This document shows, piece by piece, positions 63,190-64,000 of a stretch of DNA of 64,000 nucleotides (position 1 is its first letter; every line of letters starts with the position of its first letter). This DNA comes from Bacilli bacterium (GTDB taxonomy: Bacteria; Bacillota_I; Bacilli_A; RF39; UBA660). Below the pieces are notes generated by a model that did no database searches, was not told the DNA's origin, and worked only from the letters and a program-made list of their open reading frames with translations. The DNA lies in assembly GCA_036342255.1 (NCBI GenBank), contig JAZAUS010000002.1, positions 6,334 through 70,333 on the forward strand, in the 5' to 3' direction. The translations under genes were made by a program, and so were the position numbers.

Positions 63190-64000
63190 TTAATATTCAT
63201 ACCATAATCCTGATTTTTTTAGTTTGTTTATGGTATTTGTATGTTCCTTTTGGGTTCTACTAAAATAAATTTTTTTATTTTTATCTGCAACAAAATAATA
63301 ATAATCATTATCATCAGGAGTTAGAACTGCTTCAATGGCTTCAATTGAGCTACTACATATTGGTGATATAGGTAATGTTTTAAATGTTGCACATCTTGTA
63401 TTATAGTTATTGCAACTTGTTACCTCTTCTGAGTATAAATCTCTTTCACCCATGTTTATTTTAGCTCCATAATAGGTTGTTACATCACTTCCTAAATTCA
63501 TATTGCTAGCCATTCTATTCATAAATACTCTTGCTATTTTCTTTCTTTCTTCTACTGTTGTTCCTTCTAGTTCAACAATTGAAGCTAATGTTAGTATTTG
63601 ATGAAGAGATAGTGAGTTTTTTTCTATGACGCTTTGATGCTTTTTTAATTGTCTATTTGTTTCATCAAGCATTTGTTCAAATATTTCTTCAACTGTACTA
63701 TCTTTTGATCTTAAACTGTAGGTATTTGGATATAAATATCCTTCTAATGAATAATAAATGTTACTATTTTTTATATCATTATTTAGAAACCAATATTTAT
63801 TTATTATTTTATTTAAATAGTTTTCATCTTTTAATAGGTTGTATACGTCTTCTTCTTTATTATTAGTGTGTTTTTCTATAATGTTGGCAATAGTACGCAT
63901 ATTTATTCCTTCTTTAAAAGTTATTTTTACATCATCTTGGGCTTTTTTTCCTTTACTTAGAATATCTACAATTTTTCTAGTACCCATATTTTGGCTTAAT
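63190..64000 (-). CDS. mltG: endolytic murein transglycosylase MltG (YceG family), N-terminus beyond window end
   Basis: YceG-domain motifs (ITFKEGINMRTIANII, LEGYLYPNTY, TLPISPICS); frame open upstream of ATG 63987 to window edge. Confidence 0.65.
   Translation of the reverse strand, partial: LSQNMGTRKIVDILSKGKKAQDDVKITFKEGINMRTIANIIEKHTNNKEEDVYNLLKDENYLNKIINKYWFLNNDIKNSNIYYSLEGYLYPNTYSLRSKDSTVEEIFEQMLDETNRQLKKHQSVIEKNSLSLHQILTLASIVELEGTTVEERKKIARVFMNRMASNMNLGSDVTTYYGAKINMGERDLYSEEVTSCNNYNTRCATFKTLPISPICSSSIEAIEAVLTPDDNDYYYFVADKNKKIYFSRTQKEHTNTINKLKKSGLWYEY

Noticed and set aside
1-64000. CRISPR arrays, IS elements, rRNA genes
   Set aside because: No regularly spaced short direct repeats, no transposase-like ORFs or terminal inverted repeats flanking an ORF, and no rRNA-like conserved stretches were seen.

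Overview
Very AT-rich window, probably a low-GC Firmicute with Mollicute-like reduced proteins (ClpB without an N-domain, SMC of about 980 aa) but a sortase-bearing cell wall. Long intact ORFs argue for the standard bacterial genetic code. About 85% of it is coded on the minus strand. The core of the window (6.7-26.8 kb) is an unannotatable tandem array of eight large (683-1011 aa) paralogous, apparently cytoplasmic proteins, plus an embedded GNAT acetyltransferase and a small membrane protein. The array is wedged inside a polyamine locus. Upstream of it lie potABCD and a carbamate kinase. Downstream lie putrescine carbamoyltransferase, an agmatine/putrescine antiporter, agmatine deiminase and a membrane-anchored serpin. 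The paralogs share a conserved about 400-aa C-terminal core. Their N-terminal modules are of two types and are shuffled or duplicated, and two copies share identical 3' ends, which suggests recent gene conversion. Other recognisable genes are the SPFH protein, a DUF2974-like hydrolase, exonuclease III, a Ca-type P-type ATPase, gpmI, a LOG-like/PRTase-like pair preceded by an attenuator-like leader, and a tRNA-Thr(CGU) that flanks a block of hypothetical genes of about 7.4 kb. That block contains a 5.4-kb segment bracketed by about 87-bp direct repeats and duplicated terminator cassettes, plus a few small regulatory elements. The remaining recognisable genes are smc, two membrane proteins, a sortase with a VPSTG-anchored protein carrying three Cna-B-type repeats, clpB behind a CIRCE-like operator, a NodB deacetylase, tsf, rpsB with a Rho_N-like tail, and a partial mltG. 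No CRISPR array, transposase or integrase was recognised.
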